Assembly: GCA_016206665.1 (NCBI GenBank)
Contig: JACQRC010000089.1
Coordinates: 8,393-72,392, forward strand
Length of the DNA: 64,000 bases
DNA from: Candidatus Omnitrophota bacterium
GTDB taxonomy: Bacteria; Omnitrophota; Gorgyraeia; Aquiviventales; JACQRC01
Direction: 5' to 3'
In this document: positions 1 to 9,311 of the stretch, piece after piece
Layout of the letters: every line of letters starts with the position of its first letter
How positions within the stretch are numbered: the stretch's first letter is position 1
Program-made: the position numbers and the translations under genes
The notes under the pieces: model-generated
What the model saw: the letters and a program-made list of their open reading frames with translations, nothing else
What the model was told of the DNA's origin: nothing
Databases searched by the model: none

Positions 1-210
1 CAGCTATTAGCCGCCTTCGGCGTGCCGCAGGACGCGCGCGGGCTCGCCGCCGCAGATGCGCTTCACCGGACCGCGGTGCCGGGCGTCTTCGTCGCCGGAG
101 ACATGCGCCGCGGCCAGTCGCTCGTCGTCTGGGCCATCCGGGAAGGACGCGAAGCCGCGCACGCCATCGACTGTTTCCTCATGGGCCGCTCCGCCTTGCC
201 GACCGGCTGA
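1..210 (+). CDS. gltD: Glutamate synthase small subunit, C-terminal end (partial)
   Basis: [30 protein letters not shown] is the characteristic GltD C-terminus; the frame is open from position 1. Confidence 0.9.
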   Translation, partial: QLLAAFGVPQDARGLAAADALHRTAVPGVFVAGDMRRGQSLVVWAIREGREAAHAIDCFLMGRSALPTG

Positions 211-453
211 CCATCCCGCCGGCGCCACCCGCCGTTCCGTTCCCTCGCTGTGACGTCATGCCGGCCCATCCCCACTCCCTTCCCCGCGGCCGGTGGGAGA
301 AATAAATTCACAACCCAGCCCGCCGCAGGCTCTGGTATAATGGCCGCGACCAGGAGGCCGTGGCGGTCATGCGCAGAGGTGGAGGAGGCAGGCCACACCG
401 CCGATGACTGCACCGGCATCAGCCTCCTGCCCGCCATTGTTCTCATGTGATGC

Positions 454-1086
454 ATGAAACGCCACCTCCTCCTCATCGCCATCGCCGGCCTGATGGCCGG
501 CTGTGCCAAGGCGCCCATGGCCACAGCGACACCTGCCACGCCCGTTGATGCCTCGAAACTGAAAACCGCCACCTTTGCGGGGGGCTGCTTCTGGTGCATG
601 GAGGGCCCCTTCGAGGCGCTCGCAGGCGTGGCCTCCGTCACCTCCGGCTACACCGGCGGCACCAAGCTCAACCCCACCTACATGGAGGTCTCCTCCGGCT
701 CCACCGGCCACGCCGAATCGATCCAGGTGGCCTACGATCCGACGAAGGTGACCTACCAGGAGCTCTTGGACACCTTCTGGCGGCAGATTGACCCCACCCA
801 GGTTGACGGCCAATTCGCCGACCACGGCCGCCAGTACCGCACCGCCATCTTCTACCATGACGAGGAGCAGCGCCGCCTCGCCGAAGCCTCGAAGCAGCAG
901 CTGGCCGCCTCCGGCAAGTTCGCGAAGCCCATCGTCACCGCAATCACCCCCGCCTCACAGTTCTATCCAGCCGAAGGCTACCACCAGGACTACTACAAGA
1001 AGAACCCCCTCCGCTACAAACTCTACAAGGTCGGCTCCGGCCGCGAAGGCTTCCTCAAGAAGACGTGGGGGACAGCAGGCCACTAA
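454..1086 (+). CDS. msrA: Peptide-methionine (S)-S-oxide reductase, probable lipoprotein
   Basis: FAGGCFWC, GYTGG, GHAESIQV and AEGYHQDYY motifs; N-terminal hydrophobic stretch with lipobox-like LMAGC. Confidence 0.95.
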   Translation: MKRHLLLIAIAGLMAGCAKAPMATATPATPVDASKLKTATFAGGCFWCMEGPFEALAGVASVTSGYTGGTKLNPTYMEVSSGSTGHAESIQVAYDPTKVTYQELLDTFWRQIDPTQVDGQFADHGRQYRTAIFYHDEEQRRLAEASKQQLAASGKFAKPIVTAITPASQFYPAEGYHQDYYKKNPLRYKLYKVGSGREGFLKKTWGTAGH

Positions 1087-1320
1087 CGCACCCAGCACAA
1101 GGAGGTTCCCATGGCCAACCGTCCGCCTGCCTACAAGCCCCTTGTGGAGTAACTGGAACGTTGGTACCATGGTCTTCAACATGAACACGCCCATCGCTGG
1201 TTACTGCAACCCCGCTGACTCGTCCCCGCCCGTGACGCCGCGCTGATTCACTGGCCATCCGTTCGCGGCCAGCCGAGAGGCACCCCAGCATACCCGAGAC
1301 CAAGCGGGGCGAAGCTCGGC

Positions 1321-1349
1321 TTGACAATACAACTATTCAGTTGTATACT
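1321..1349 (+). promoter_or_regulatory. Sigma70 promoter with overlapping palindromic operator
   Basis: TTGACA-17 nt-TATACT; palindrome ATACAACT-attc-AGTTGTAT at 1327-1346. Confidence 0.8.
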
Positions 1350-1375
1350 TATGGTGAGCTGAATGGCGTATCATT

Positions 1376-1693
1376 ATGAAATCTAGAAAATTAACACGGG
1401 TCCAGGATCACCTGCAAGAGAAGCTGCGCTCTCCCCAATTTCGAGAATCCTATGCGGTGGAGGTCTTTAAGGCGCAGATCGCCAGGGAAATCATCGAGGT
1501 CAGAATCAAAGAGGGATTGACGCAGGGGGAGCTGGCCCAGAAAATCGGCGTTACGCAGCAGGAGATTTCCAAGATTGAAAATGGCGAATTCCAGCAGATT
1601 AAGACCGTGATGAGAGTGTTGCTCGCCCTTCGGCATCGGACGACCGTCTGCTTGCCCGCCGAGGAAGTGCCTCTCGGGTCTCAGCGCGCTTGA
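1376..1693 (+). CDS. XRE-family HTH protein (HigA-like antitoxin)
   Basis: GLTQGELAQKIGVTQQEISKIENG Cro/C1 HTH, preceded by a HigA-like N-terminus (EKLRSPQFRESY). Confidence 0.8.
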   Translation: MKSRKLTRVQDHLQEKLRSPQFRESYAVEVFKAQIAREIIEVRIKEGLTQGELAQKIGVTQQEISKIENGEFQQIKTVMRVLLALRHRTTVCLPAEEVPLGSQRA

Positions 1694-1854
1694 TGGCCCG
1701 CGTCAAACAAGCCAAGCGCTCAGGCATTCCTCCCGCCGCCCTCGCCCGCTTCAAGGCCAAGGTGCTGAAGGGGCAGCCTGGCGACATTACCGCCAGTTCG
1801 ATGGAGGAATTGATTGCCAAGCTCCACCGCAAGAGCCGCCGCCGGCCAGCCTGA
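1693..1854 (+). CDS. Small basic hypothetical protein (53 aa)
   Basis: ATG overlaps the upstream TGA (TGATG); MARVKQAKRSGIPPAALARFKAKVLKG...; translated by hand. Confidence 0.4.
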   Translation: MARVKQAKRSGIPPAALARFKAKVLKGQPGDITASSMEELIAKLHRKSRRRPA

Positions 1855-1954
1855 CCCTACCACCGCTAATTCCTGTTCCCCGCCCGCCGGATTTGCTACA
1901 ATAGGCTCTCCTTCCCCGGCTTCATTCAGCGCAAGGGAAAGCCACAGCAAGCAG

Positions 1955-2028
1955 ACCACGGAGACACGGAAGCACGTGTCCGTGGTTCCGTGCACCTGGC
2001 CGTGGCGCGGCACTTCCGTGGTTCCGTG
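1955..2028. repeat. REP-like palindromic cluster of CACGG/CCGTG units
   Basis: accacggagacacggaagcacg followed by tccgtggttccgtg twice. Confidence 0.55.
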
Positions 2029-2053
2029 ATTACCAAAGTACCTGGTACGCTTA

Positions 2054-2093
2054 TTACCAAACACATCGCTAAATATGCTATAGTGTTTGGTAA
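2054..2093 (+). promoter_or_regulatory. Operator inverted repeat overlapping a -10 element
   Basis: Perfect 11-bp IR TTACCAAACAC (2054-2064) / GTGTTTGGTAA (2083-2093) around TGCTATAGT. Confidence 0.6.
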
Positions 2094-2107
2094 ACCAAAC
2101 ATCGCCT

Positions 2108-2416
2108 ATGGCCCACGTGATCAGAGCCGTCCTCCAAGAAGAATTAGCCAATTCCCGGCGGATGCAGCGCCGGTACGAACAGGCCCTGCGCAGGCTCGGC
2201 AAGGGCAGCCTGGTCAGGAAGCGCATCAGCGGCCATCCGTACTACTACCTGGCGCTGCGGGAAGGCAGGCGGGTGCGGTTCCAGTATCTGGGCAAGCTGT
2301 CGGCACAGGAACGTCAAGCGCGGCTGGCGCAGCATCGGCAGCGCGGGCAGTATCGGCGCCTCCTCCGGGAGGTCAAGCAGCAAATTCGCTTCCTGGAGCG
2401 GTCCCTGCGTGGCTAG
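2108..2416 (+). CDS. Small basic hypothetical protein, putative antitoxin/DNA-binding partner
   Basis: GSLVRKRISGHPYYYL...FQYLGK pattern; overlaps the downstream nucleotidyltransferase gene. Confidence 0.65.
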   Translation: MAHVIRAVLQEELANSRRMQRRYEQALRRLGKGSLVRKRISGHPYYYLALREGRRVRFQYLGKLSAQERQARLAQHRQRGQYRRLLREVKQQIRFLERSLRG

Positions 2417-3092
2417 CCAGCGCACGTTGTGCCAAGCGGTGCTCACGCGCCTGGCAAAGGCCGGTGTGCTGGAGGAGGTCGTGCTCATCGGGAGCTGGTG
2501 TCTGGAAGGCTACAAGAGCTACTTCGGCCGGCAGACACCGCTGACGGCGTTGCGGACGCGCGATATCGACTTTCTGGTGCCGCGACCAATGCGTATGCGA
2601 ACAGCGGTGGACGTGCCTGCCCTCCTGGACGATCTGGGCTTTATCCTGGACTTCCACCGGGGCGGGTACATCCGCCTCGTCCATCCGGAGCTAATTGTGG
2701 AGTTCCTCGTCCCAGAGCGGGGGCGGGGGACGGATCAGCCGGTGCGCTTACCCCAACTGAGCATCAACGCGCAATCCCTGCGCTTCTTGAATATGTTGGC
2801 GGAGCAGACGATCATGGCCACGCTGGAAGGGACCACGGTGCGCATGCCCCACCCGGCCGCCTTTGCGCTGCAGAAACTGCTCATCGCGCCGAGGCGTCAA
2901 GGCCATACGGGCAAGCAGGCCAAGGACGTGGAGGCAGCCATCGCGGTCCTGGAAGCCCTGCGCGCTCATGGAGAAACGGCCTCAGTGAGCCGGTGCTTTA
3001 CAGCACTGCCACGACGCTGGCAAACACACATTCGCCAGGCGCTCGGCGCGCGTCGCGAGCTGCGCGATTGGCTGGCGCTGCTGTCCAGTTAA
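2409..3092 (+). CDS. Nucleotidyltransferase-fold protein (GSU2403/AbiEii-like)
   Basis: VLIGSW...RTRDIDF Pol-beta NTase motif; C-terminal QKLLI..RR..K.AKD. Confidence 0.7.
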   Translation: MASQRTLCQAVLTRLAKAGVLEEVVLIGSWCLEGYKSYFGRQTPLTALRTRDIDFLVPRPMRMRTAVDVPALLDDLGFILDFHRGGYIRLVHPELIVEFLVPERGRGTDQPVRLPQLSINAQSLRFLNMLAEQTIMATLEGTTVRMPHPAAFALQKLLIAPRRQGHTGKQAKDVEAAIAVLEALRAHGETASVSRCFTALPRRWQTHIRQALGARRELRDWLALLSS

Positions 3093-3093
3093 C

Positions 3094-3252
3094 CACCGCG
3101 CCAAAGCCGCCGGAGCCGCCGTCATCTCCGAGCCCTCCGAGATGTTCTGGGGCGACCGGATGGCCTCCTTCAAAGACCCGGACGGCTACCTCTGGATGGT
3201 CGCCACCAACGTCGCTGACTTCGACCCCTCCAAAGTCCCGGCGGGGAAGTAA
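3094..3252 (+). pseudogene. C-terminal fragment of a VOC/glyoxalase (PhnB-like) gene
   Basis: Hand translation RAKAAGAAVISEPSEMFWGDRMASFKDPDGYLWMVATNV...*; no start or N-terminal half before the upstream gene's stop. Confidence 0.75.
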
Positions 3253-3443
3253 AGGAGCGGCGGAATCTGGTATAATGCGGCCAGCCTACCTGTTGGCATT
3301 ATCCATGCAGACCTGCTCGGAAAGACACACCACGGAAGCTCACGGCAACATGGAGAAATGAGAGCCAGTACCAATTTTATGTGTGTCAGCTTTTCGACAA
3401 TCAGCCGGTGGCTTAGCGGAAACACCAGACGGGAAAAGCAGTC

Positions 3444-5144
3444 ATGAGCGGATACGGCAGCTTGTCGAAAGAGCAGTTGATCGACAAAATCAAACGCTTA
3501 CAAAAACGTAAGAAATTTGGATTGGTTTGGGAGGACAAACTCGAAGATGTGGCAGAGCTTTGTAAGACAAAATTACCCGTGCTGGTCGATGAAAAAGGAG
3601 AGGAAATTTCGGATAGCGTGGCCGAGACAGCAAATGTGTTGATCGAAGGCGATAATTATCATGCACTCTCGGTTCTGAATTATACGCACAAGGGGAAAAT
3701 CGATTTCATTTATATAGACCCTCCTTACAACACTGGTGCAAAAGACTGGAAATATAACAACGCCTTTGTGGATGCTCAAGACCCCTACAGACATTCCAAG
3801 TGGCTATCCTTCATGGAGAAACGCCTCAAATTGGCAAAAAATCTTCTAAGGGATCAGGGAATTATATGTGTAACGATTGACGATTATGAAATGCCTCGTT
3901 TGTGGTCGCTTATGGATGAAATATATAACGAAAGTAATCATCTCGGAACCGTGGTTATAAGAAACAATCCGAAAGGAAGGAAAACGAAAAGGAAGGTATC
4001 GCTAATTCACGAATACGCCTTGTTTTACGGGCGAAGCGGTAATGCCAAGATTCAGAAATTAGAGGTCGCACCAGAGGACAAAACGCATAACTATGTGAAG
4101 GATAAGGACGACTCATGGTATCTGCCCGGCAACCTGAGAAAACAGGGAGTTGATAGTTTGGCCGTATCGCCTAAGACTGGGAGGTTGTCGGATAGATACT
4201 ACCCCATATATTACGATCCCAAGACGGGCAAGGTGAGTACCACCAAGAGTAAGCAATCAATAAAGATTTTGCCCATAGATAAGGACGGACAAAAAAGAAT
4301 ATGGCGTAGAGCCAAGCAAGTCATCGATGAGATGTTTGAGAGGGGTGATGTGTGGTATCAGAAAACCAAGTACGGCAATCAAATATTTTATAAATTTAGA
4401 GGCGGATTAGATGGCGAACCGCCAGAAAGCATTTGGTATGAGTCGAAATTTTCAGCAAGCGAACACGGGACACAAATACTCGACACAATTTTGGGAGTGC
4501 GAGAAACATTTCAGTATCCGAAATCCCCATACGCTGTTATGGAATGTATAAAAGTTGCTACCGCAAGCAGGGACGCGATCATACTGGATTTCTTCGCCGG
4601 TTCCGGCACTACCGGCCACGCAGCCTTAGAGTTAAATAGTGAAGATAATGGAAATCGCCAGTTCATTCTTTGCACAAATAATGAGAATGGCATTTGCAGG
4701 AACGTATGCTATCCCCGCATCAGGAAAGTCATGGCTGGATATACAGACTCAAAAAAGAAAAAAATAAATGGTTTAGGTGGAAATCTCAAATATTTTAAAA
4801 CGGATTTTGTTGAAGCCGAGCCAACTGATAAGAACAAAAAGAAATTAACGGTACAAGCGACTGAAATGCTTTGCTTGAAGGAGGGGGCGTTTAGAACAGT
4901 TGTTAACAAAAAATCTTTCAAAATTTTCAAGAATGCGAACCATTACGTGGGAATCATTTTTGACCACACAGCCATCCCCGATTTCAAGCAAGCGATCGAA
5001 AAGCTACAAGGCAAATTTAGCGTATACGTGTTCTCTCTTGGTGATGATGCTTTTGATGAGGAATTCGAGGATGTAAAACAAAAAGTGAAACTCTCGCCTA
5101 TTCCTGACGCGATCTTGAGAGTCTATCGAAGAATCTTCAAATGA
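3444..5144 (+). CDS. mod: Type III restriction-modification methyltransferase (Mod)
   Basis: KFGLVWE, IEGDN, IYIDPPYNTG, ILDFFAGSGTTGHA (beta-class N6-adenine MTase); ATGA overlap with the helicase gene. Confidence 0.9.
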   Translation: MSGYGSLSKEQLIDKIKRLQKRKKFGLVWEDKLEDVAELCKTKLPVLVDEKGEEISDSVAETANVLIEGDNYHALSVLNYTHKGKIDFIYIDPPYNTGAKDWKYNNAFVDAQDPYRHSKWLSFMEKRLKLAKNLLRDQGIICVTIDDYEMPRLWSLMDEIYNESNHLGTVVIRNNPKGRKTKRKVSLIHEYALFYGRSGNAKIQKLEVAPEDKTHNYVKDKDDSWYLPGNLRKQGVDSLAVSPKTGRLSDRYYPIYYDPKTGKVSTTKSKQSIKILPIDKDGQKRIWRRAKQVIDEMFERGDVWYQKTKYGNQIFYKFRGGLDGEPPESIWYESKFSASEHGTQILDTILGVRETFQYPKSPYAVMECIKVATASRDAIILDFFAGSGTTGHAALELNSEDNGNRQFILCTNNENGICRNVCYPRIRKVMAGYTDSKKKKINGLGGNLKYFKTDFVEAEPTDKNKKKLTVQATEMLCLKEGAFRTVVNKKSFKIFKNANHYVGIIFDHTAIPDFKQAIEKLQGKFSVYVFSLGDDAFDEEFEDVKQKVKLSPIPDAILRVYRRIFK

Positions 5145-7360
5145 TGCTTCTGAAAGATTACCAGAACAACGCCATTAAGGAATTGCTCGGAAAAGCCAAA
5201 AAGCTTATTACCTACGGCGACGCGAAACGCATGGTTTTTAAAGCCCCCACCGCATCAGGTAAGACAATCATGATGGCCGAGTTCTTAAAGCAGTTATGCG
5301 AAGACAGGGAAGTTCTCGCTTCGTTTTCGCTTATCTGGACGGCCCCAAGGCAACTGCACATCCAGAGCAAGGACAAGCTGGAACAGTATTACGAGACAAG
5401 CCGCGCCCTTAGGTGTTCCCTCTTTGAGGAATTGGATGACAAACGGATTGACGAAGGCGAAATCCTCTTTTTCAACTGGGAGAGCATCAACAAGAACGAC
5501 AACATTTACATCCGCGAAAACGAGCAGGACAACAATCTGTCAAATGTTATAAGCCGGACGAAGGAGGAAGGCCGGATAATCGTTCTCGTCATTGACGAGA
5601 GCCATCACCATGCTACGAGCGAAATATCGCAAAACTTAATCCGCGACATTGACCCGAAGCTGACCATTGAAGTATCAGCTACCCCTGCGATGGAAAGCCC
5701 GGATGAGATTGTCTCCGTTCAGCTTGAGGATGTTAAGGCGGAGGCAATGATCAAGAAAGCTGTTATATTAAATCCGGACTTTGAAAATGTTCTCAGGGAC
5801 AGAAAAATTCAGAGTCAGTTAAGCAAGCAGTCCGAGGAGTTAGTTATTGAAACTGCTCTTAAGAAGCGAGATGCCCTTAAAGAAGCCTACAAGAAAGAGA
5901 GAGTAGGCGTCAATCCGCTCATTCTTATCCAGCTGCCGGACAGGAAAACGTCGCTTGAAGATGTGATTAAGGACAAAGTTATCGCAGTCCTCAAGAACAA
6001 GCACAAGATCACAGCTGAAAGTGGAAAGCTGGCAATCCATCTGGCGGAGCATAAAGAGAATCTTGACGACATTTCTGATCCCTACAACGAAGTAGAAGTT
6101 TTGATATTTAAACAAGCCCTTGCCTTGGGCTGGGATTGCCCCAGGGCTCATATCTTGGTTCTTTTCCGAGACTGGCAGAGCTTTGAGTTTTCGATCCAGA
6201 CAATAGGACGGATCATGCGTATGCCAGAACCTGATCATGGTCATTACGACACTGAAATCTTGAATTACGGATATGTATTTACCAACATCGAAAGTATAGA
6301 AATCCAAGAAGACTTGGCCAGAGATTACATCACGATTCACGCTTCGAAGCGTGGACGTGAATATTCACCTCTGTCGCTGCTTTCTTGCCACTCCAAGCGG
6401 TATCGCGAGAAAACTCGTTTGGCACCAATTTTTATCAAAGTTTTTCTGCAGGAAACTGCTGCCTACAGTCTGAGCCAGAGAATAAGGAAAAAAGCGAAGG
6501 GATTAAGCGCAAGATTTATTTCTGATTATAAGGCCGAGAATGTTGATGCATTAGCTGGCGCAAGCATAATCGGCGACAGGGCCATTAGAGTAACTGGCTG
6601 GGATTTACAAAAGTATTTTGATTACTTCATACGAAAGAGCCTCGCGCCGTTCTACGCCGAAGACAGGTCTATAGGCAGACTAAAAGAGGCCATTTACGAA
6701 TTTTTTGAGCAGGTCATGGGGATGCGCTATGAGGTTGTTCAAGAAGAGATTGTTCAAACGGTTTTAAGCGAAGGAAACCTCGTGCATTTTATTAATGTGA
6801 TCGACCAAGCTAAGGACAAATACATTGACTACATTTCAAGGCGGGAAAAAGAGCTTGAATTTGACCAGGGATGGGAAGTGCCAGAAACCATTGGTTTCAA
6901 CGCTCGCTACGCTATCGAAGATCGAAAAAAGTCCATCATGCACCCCTTTTTTAAGAGTGAGTATTCGGGTGTCGAAGCCGCATTTATGACTTTTTTAGAT
7001 GAACAGGACAAGGTAGTCTGGTGGTTCAAGAACGAAGCCAAGAATCCGGCTTATTTTGCTGTTCTCTACGAGGAAGATGGCGACAAAAGACCATTTTACG
7101 TTGATTTTATTGTCCAATTGAAAGATGGATTGATTGGGCTTTTCGATACGAAGGCCGGTCTGACCCAAAAAGTAGCTGGCCCGAAAGTCAATGGGCTTCG
7201 GACATATGTTGGGGAACAGAACAAAAAGGGCAAGAGGCTATTTGGCGGGATCGTTACCAATACCGATGGTCGGAATTACGCCGGGCGATGGGTTTACTTC
7301 AATAGGGAAGGAAAGGAATTATCCGGCAGCCTGGATAATTGGGAGACTTTGGCTTTTTAG
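5141..7360 (+). CDS. res: Type III restriction endonuclease/helicase (Res)
   Basis: APTASGKT Walker A, DESHH, SAT, GWDCPRA, QTIGRIMR; C-terminal WWFKN...FYVDFIV...DTK nuclease motif. Confidence 0.88.
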   Translation: MMLLKDYQNNAIKELLGKAKKLITYGDAKRMVFKAPTASGKTIMMAEFLKQLCEDREVLASFSLIWTAPRQLHIQSKDKLEQYYETSRALRCSLFEELDDKRIDEGEILFFNWESINKNDNIYIRENEQDNNLSNVISRTKEEGRIIVLVIDESHHHATSEISQNLIRDIDPKLTIEVSATPAMESPDEIVSVQLEDVKAEAMIKKAVILNPDFENVLRDRKIQSQLSKQSEELVIETALKKRDALKEAYKKERVGVNPLILIQLPDRKTSLEDVIKDKVIAVLKNKHKITAESGKLAIHLAEHKENLDDISDPYNEVEVLIFKQALALGWDCPRAHILVLFRDWQSFEFSIQTIGRIMRMPEPDHGHYDTEILNYGYVFTNIESIEIQEDLARDYITIHASKRGREYSPLSLLSCHSKRYREKTRLAPIFIKVFLQETAAYSLSQRIRKKAKGLSARFISDYKAENVDALAGASIIGDRAIRVTGWDLQKYFDYFIRKSLAPFYAEDRSIGRLKEAIYEFFEQVMGMRYEVVQEEIVQTVLSEGNLVHFINVIDQAKDKYIDYISRREKELEFDQGWEVPETIGFNARYAIEDRKKSIMHPFFKSEYSGVEAAFMTFLDEQDKVVWWFKNEAKNPAYFAVLYEEDGDKRPFYVDFIVQLKDGLIGLFDTKAGLTQKVAGPKVNGLRTYVGEQNKKGKRLFGGIVTNTDGRNYAGRWVYFNREGKELSGSLDNWETLAF

Positions 7361-7462
7361 CGAGCAAAGAGAGGGCCCAAAAGCACCGAGTACTTCGATG
7401 CCCTGCTGAACTATGTATCATGCCCACACACTTGGTATTGTGTTTACCGAATTAAAATTGGC

Positions 7463-8620
7463 ATGACCCAATTTTCGGGTACTCTACTGGCAAGCGGCGT
7501 TGTAGCCGCAGCGACGACGGCCACCCTACAGTTCCGCAGCGTTAGATGGGAACGACGGAAAGAATTTCTCGAGCACCAGCTGCGGTTGTATGGTCCCGCC
7601 TACGCCCTAATAGCACAGAATCGCGATGCTTTTGAACGAATCAAGAGCATTCATGTGCAGGGTGAGAAGCGCTTGAGTGGTGTAATCGGGGCAGAGAAAG
7701 ACATTGATGCAACGATAGCGGTGGCAAACGAACACATCAGACGAATCGTCTTGAGTAATAATGAAATCCTTGAGGACATGCTTAAGAAGAATCTACACTT
7801 CATCGATCCGGATGACATCCAGCTTGTAACGCAATTTTTCCATGATATGGCCAATTTAAAGGTGGAGACCTCAGCAGACGTGGGAACAAAGTTACCACTT
7901 CTAATGGCGCTGGATCTTCCCAATATATCATTTATGCGGCCCGGCCTTATTGAGTGCTTTGAGCAAAGATTTAGGCAGAAACAGGTTCAGTTTCGAGAAA
8001 TGCTAGGGAGCAGCAAGAGGCATCAACGGGATTTGCCAACGAACAAAAGACCGCTTTGCGCTGTTGGTTTACCTCCACGCATCTGGCGGACGTTTGCTAT
8101 ACCTGTCTTGACCGGCTTGATGGTGGCGCTCTTCTGGCATTTCTTTGAAGTGGTAAAACCGTGGAAGATAACATTATTCTTACCCTATGCGTATGAATAT
8201 GCCTATAGAGGAGCCACCAACACTACAGGCAATCAAAGCAGAGAAATCCTGCCCGTCGTCCCCATCCGCGTGCGTCTTACTGACAAAGCGAGTGGGTTTG
8301 TGTTTGCCGTTCACAATGATAACATTCGGAGTCTCCACGGAGTCTCGTTACATCTGCAACTACCGCCGGGTGTTGAGGTGACTGATCCAGGACCATTCAG
8401 AGCGTTTTGGCCAAACGAGGAATACTTTTTCTCTTTTGGGGACGCGGTGTTGAATCACGGAGTTTTCTATGCGACTGAGGTGCGTAATACTGCAGGCGAA
8501 CTGAAGGGTTCGATTCAACTAAAATTCAGCCAGCCAAGAGAGTACGAGATAATAGCCACTGTGAGCGGAGAAGACATGCTTCCGGCAGAGAAGAAAATCA
8601 AAATTGTCGTAGTACCCTAG
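7463..8620 (+). CDS. Hypothetical membrane protein
   Basis: 385-aa ORF with an N-terminal hydrophobic segment, an internal TM (FAIPVLTGLMVALFW) and a beta-rich C-terminus. Confidence 0.6.
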   Translation: MTQFSGTLLASGVVAAATTATLQFRSVRWERRKEFLEHQLRLYGPAYALIAQNRDAFERIKSIHVQGEKRLSGVIGAEKDIDATIAVANEHIRRIVLSNNEILEDMLKKNLHFIDPDDIQLVTQFFHDMANLKVETSADVGTKLPLLMALDLPNISFMRPGLIECFEQRFRQKQVQFREMLGSSKRHQRDLPTNKRPLCAVGLPPRIWRTFAIPVLTGLMVALFWHFFEVVKPWKITLFLPYAYEYAYRGATNTTGNQSREILPVVPIRVRLTDKASGFVFAVHNDNIRSLHGVSLHLQLPPGVEVTDPGPFRAFWPNEEYFFSFGDAVLNHGVFYATEVRNTAGELKGSIQLKFSQPREYEIIATVSGEDMLPAEKKIKIVVVP

Positions 8621-8666
8621 ACGCTTTACGCTATCCATAATGCCCGAAGCGGTTATTGACAGAATT

Positions 8667-8712
8667 GGCCAGGTTGAACCTCAGCGGAACGTGGCCCGAG
8701 TGAATTAAGTAT
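8667..8712. repeat. 46-bp hairpin direct repeat, copy 1
   Basis: ggccaggttgaacctcagcggaacgtggcccgagtgaattaagtat; 3 mismatches to copy 2. Confidence 0.9.
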
Positions 8713-8732
8713 CTGTCCATGGAGTTGCAGTC

Positions 8733-9200
8733 ATGGATGCAAAGATTGTTGTGAAAATTTTAGGTCTTACCATAACTTCGGCTGGCGTCGTTCTGAGCCT
8801 GCTCAATCTGAAGGGTTTTCTCAAGTACCCAGAGCGCCTAAATTTTGCGCATTTGGCGCTCGAAACGAGCGAAGGCATTCCGCTTTCGCATCCTGGAGCT
8901 AAGTCCTTTATGAGTCGCTTCCCGCCACCTCCAACAGACAGCAAGGGTACGTTCACTCACTTCGTAAAAAATGCAATACAATTTACTGGTGGCGGGACCC
9001 CATTGTCAGGCACTGTTAAATACATGTATCCTGATGGAAGGCGGACTGCTGCGGTCGCAACATTTGAAGACGTAAAGCGCTGGGCCGCAGAATCACGTTA
9101 TCCGTGGCTTGCCTGGTGGCTGACAGTCGTAGGACTTCTCATCACTAGTGCAGGTGTCTTTTGGGACTGGCGGACAGCAGATCCCACCGGGCCAGGTTGA
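8733..9200 (+). CDS. Hypothetical protein with two terminal TM helices
   Basis: ILGLTITSAGVVLSLL and WLAWWLTVVGLLITSAGVFW; GGAG upstream; stop codon lies inside repeat copy 2. Confidence 0.65.
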   Translation: MDAKIVVKILGLTITSAGVVLSLLNLKGFLKYPERLNFAHLALETSEGIPLSHPGAKSFMSRFPPPPTDSKGTFTHFVKNAIQFTGGGTPLSGTVKYMYPDGRRTAAVATFEDVKRWAAESRYPWLAWWLTVVGLLITSAGVFWDWRTADPTGPG

Positions 9201-9235
9201 ACCTCCGCGGAACGTGGCCCGATTGAATTAAATAT
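9190..9235. repeat. 46-bp hairpin direct repeat, copy 2
   Basis: ggccaggttgaacctccgcggaacgtggcccgattgaattaaatat. Confidence 0.9.
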
Positions 9236-9276
9236 TGCGGCCCTCAAATCGTTTATTACTTTGGGTAATATTTTGC

Positions 9277-9305
9277 TTGACAAACATCCGGCCGGTTCGT
9301 ATAGT
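9277..9305 (+). promoter_or_regulatory. Sigma70 promoter of the retron-like locus
   Basis: TTGACA (9277-9282)-17 nt-TATAGT (9300-9305). Confidence 0.8.
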
Positions 9306-9311
9306 GCTTCT

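Noticed and set aside
2429-3361. 310-aa alternative-frame ORF
   Set aside because: It overlaps the motif-bearing NTase in another frame and has low-complexity R/P/G composition.
8667-9235. 46-bp repeats as a CRISPR array or canonical integron attC sites
   Set aside because: Only two copies about 520 bp apart with a gene between them; no RYYYAAC...GTTRRRY arrangement; no integrase or cas gene in the window.
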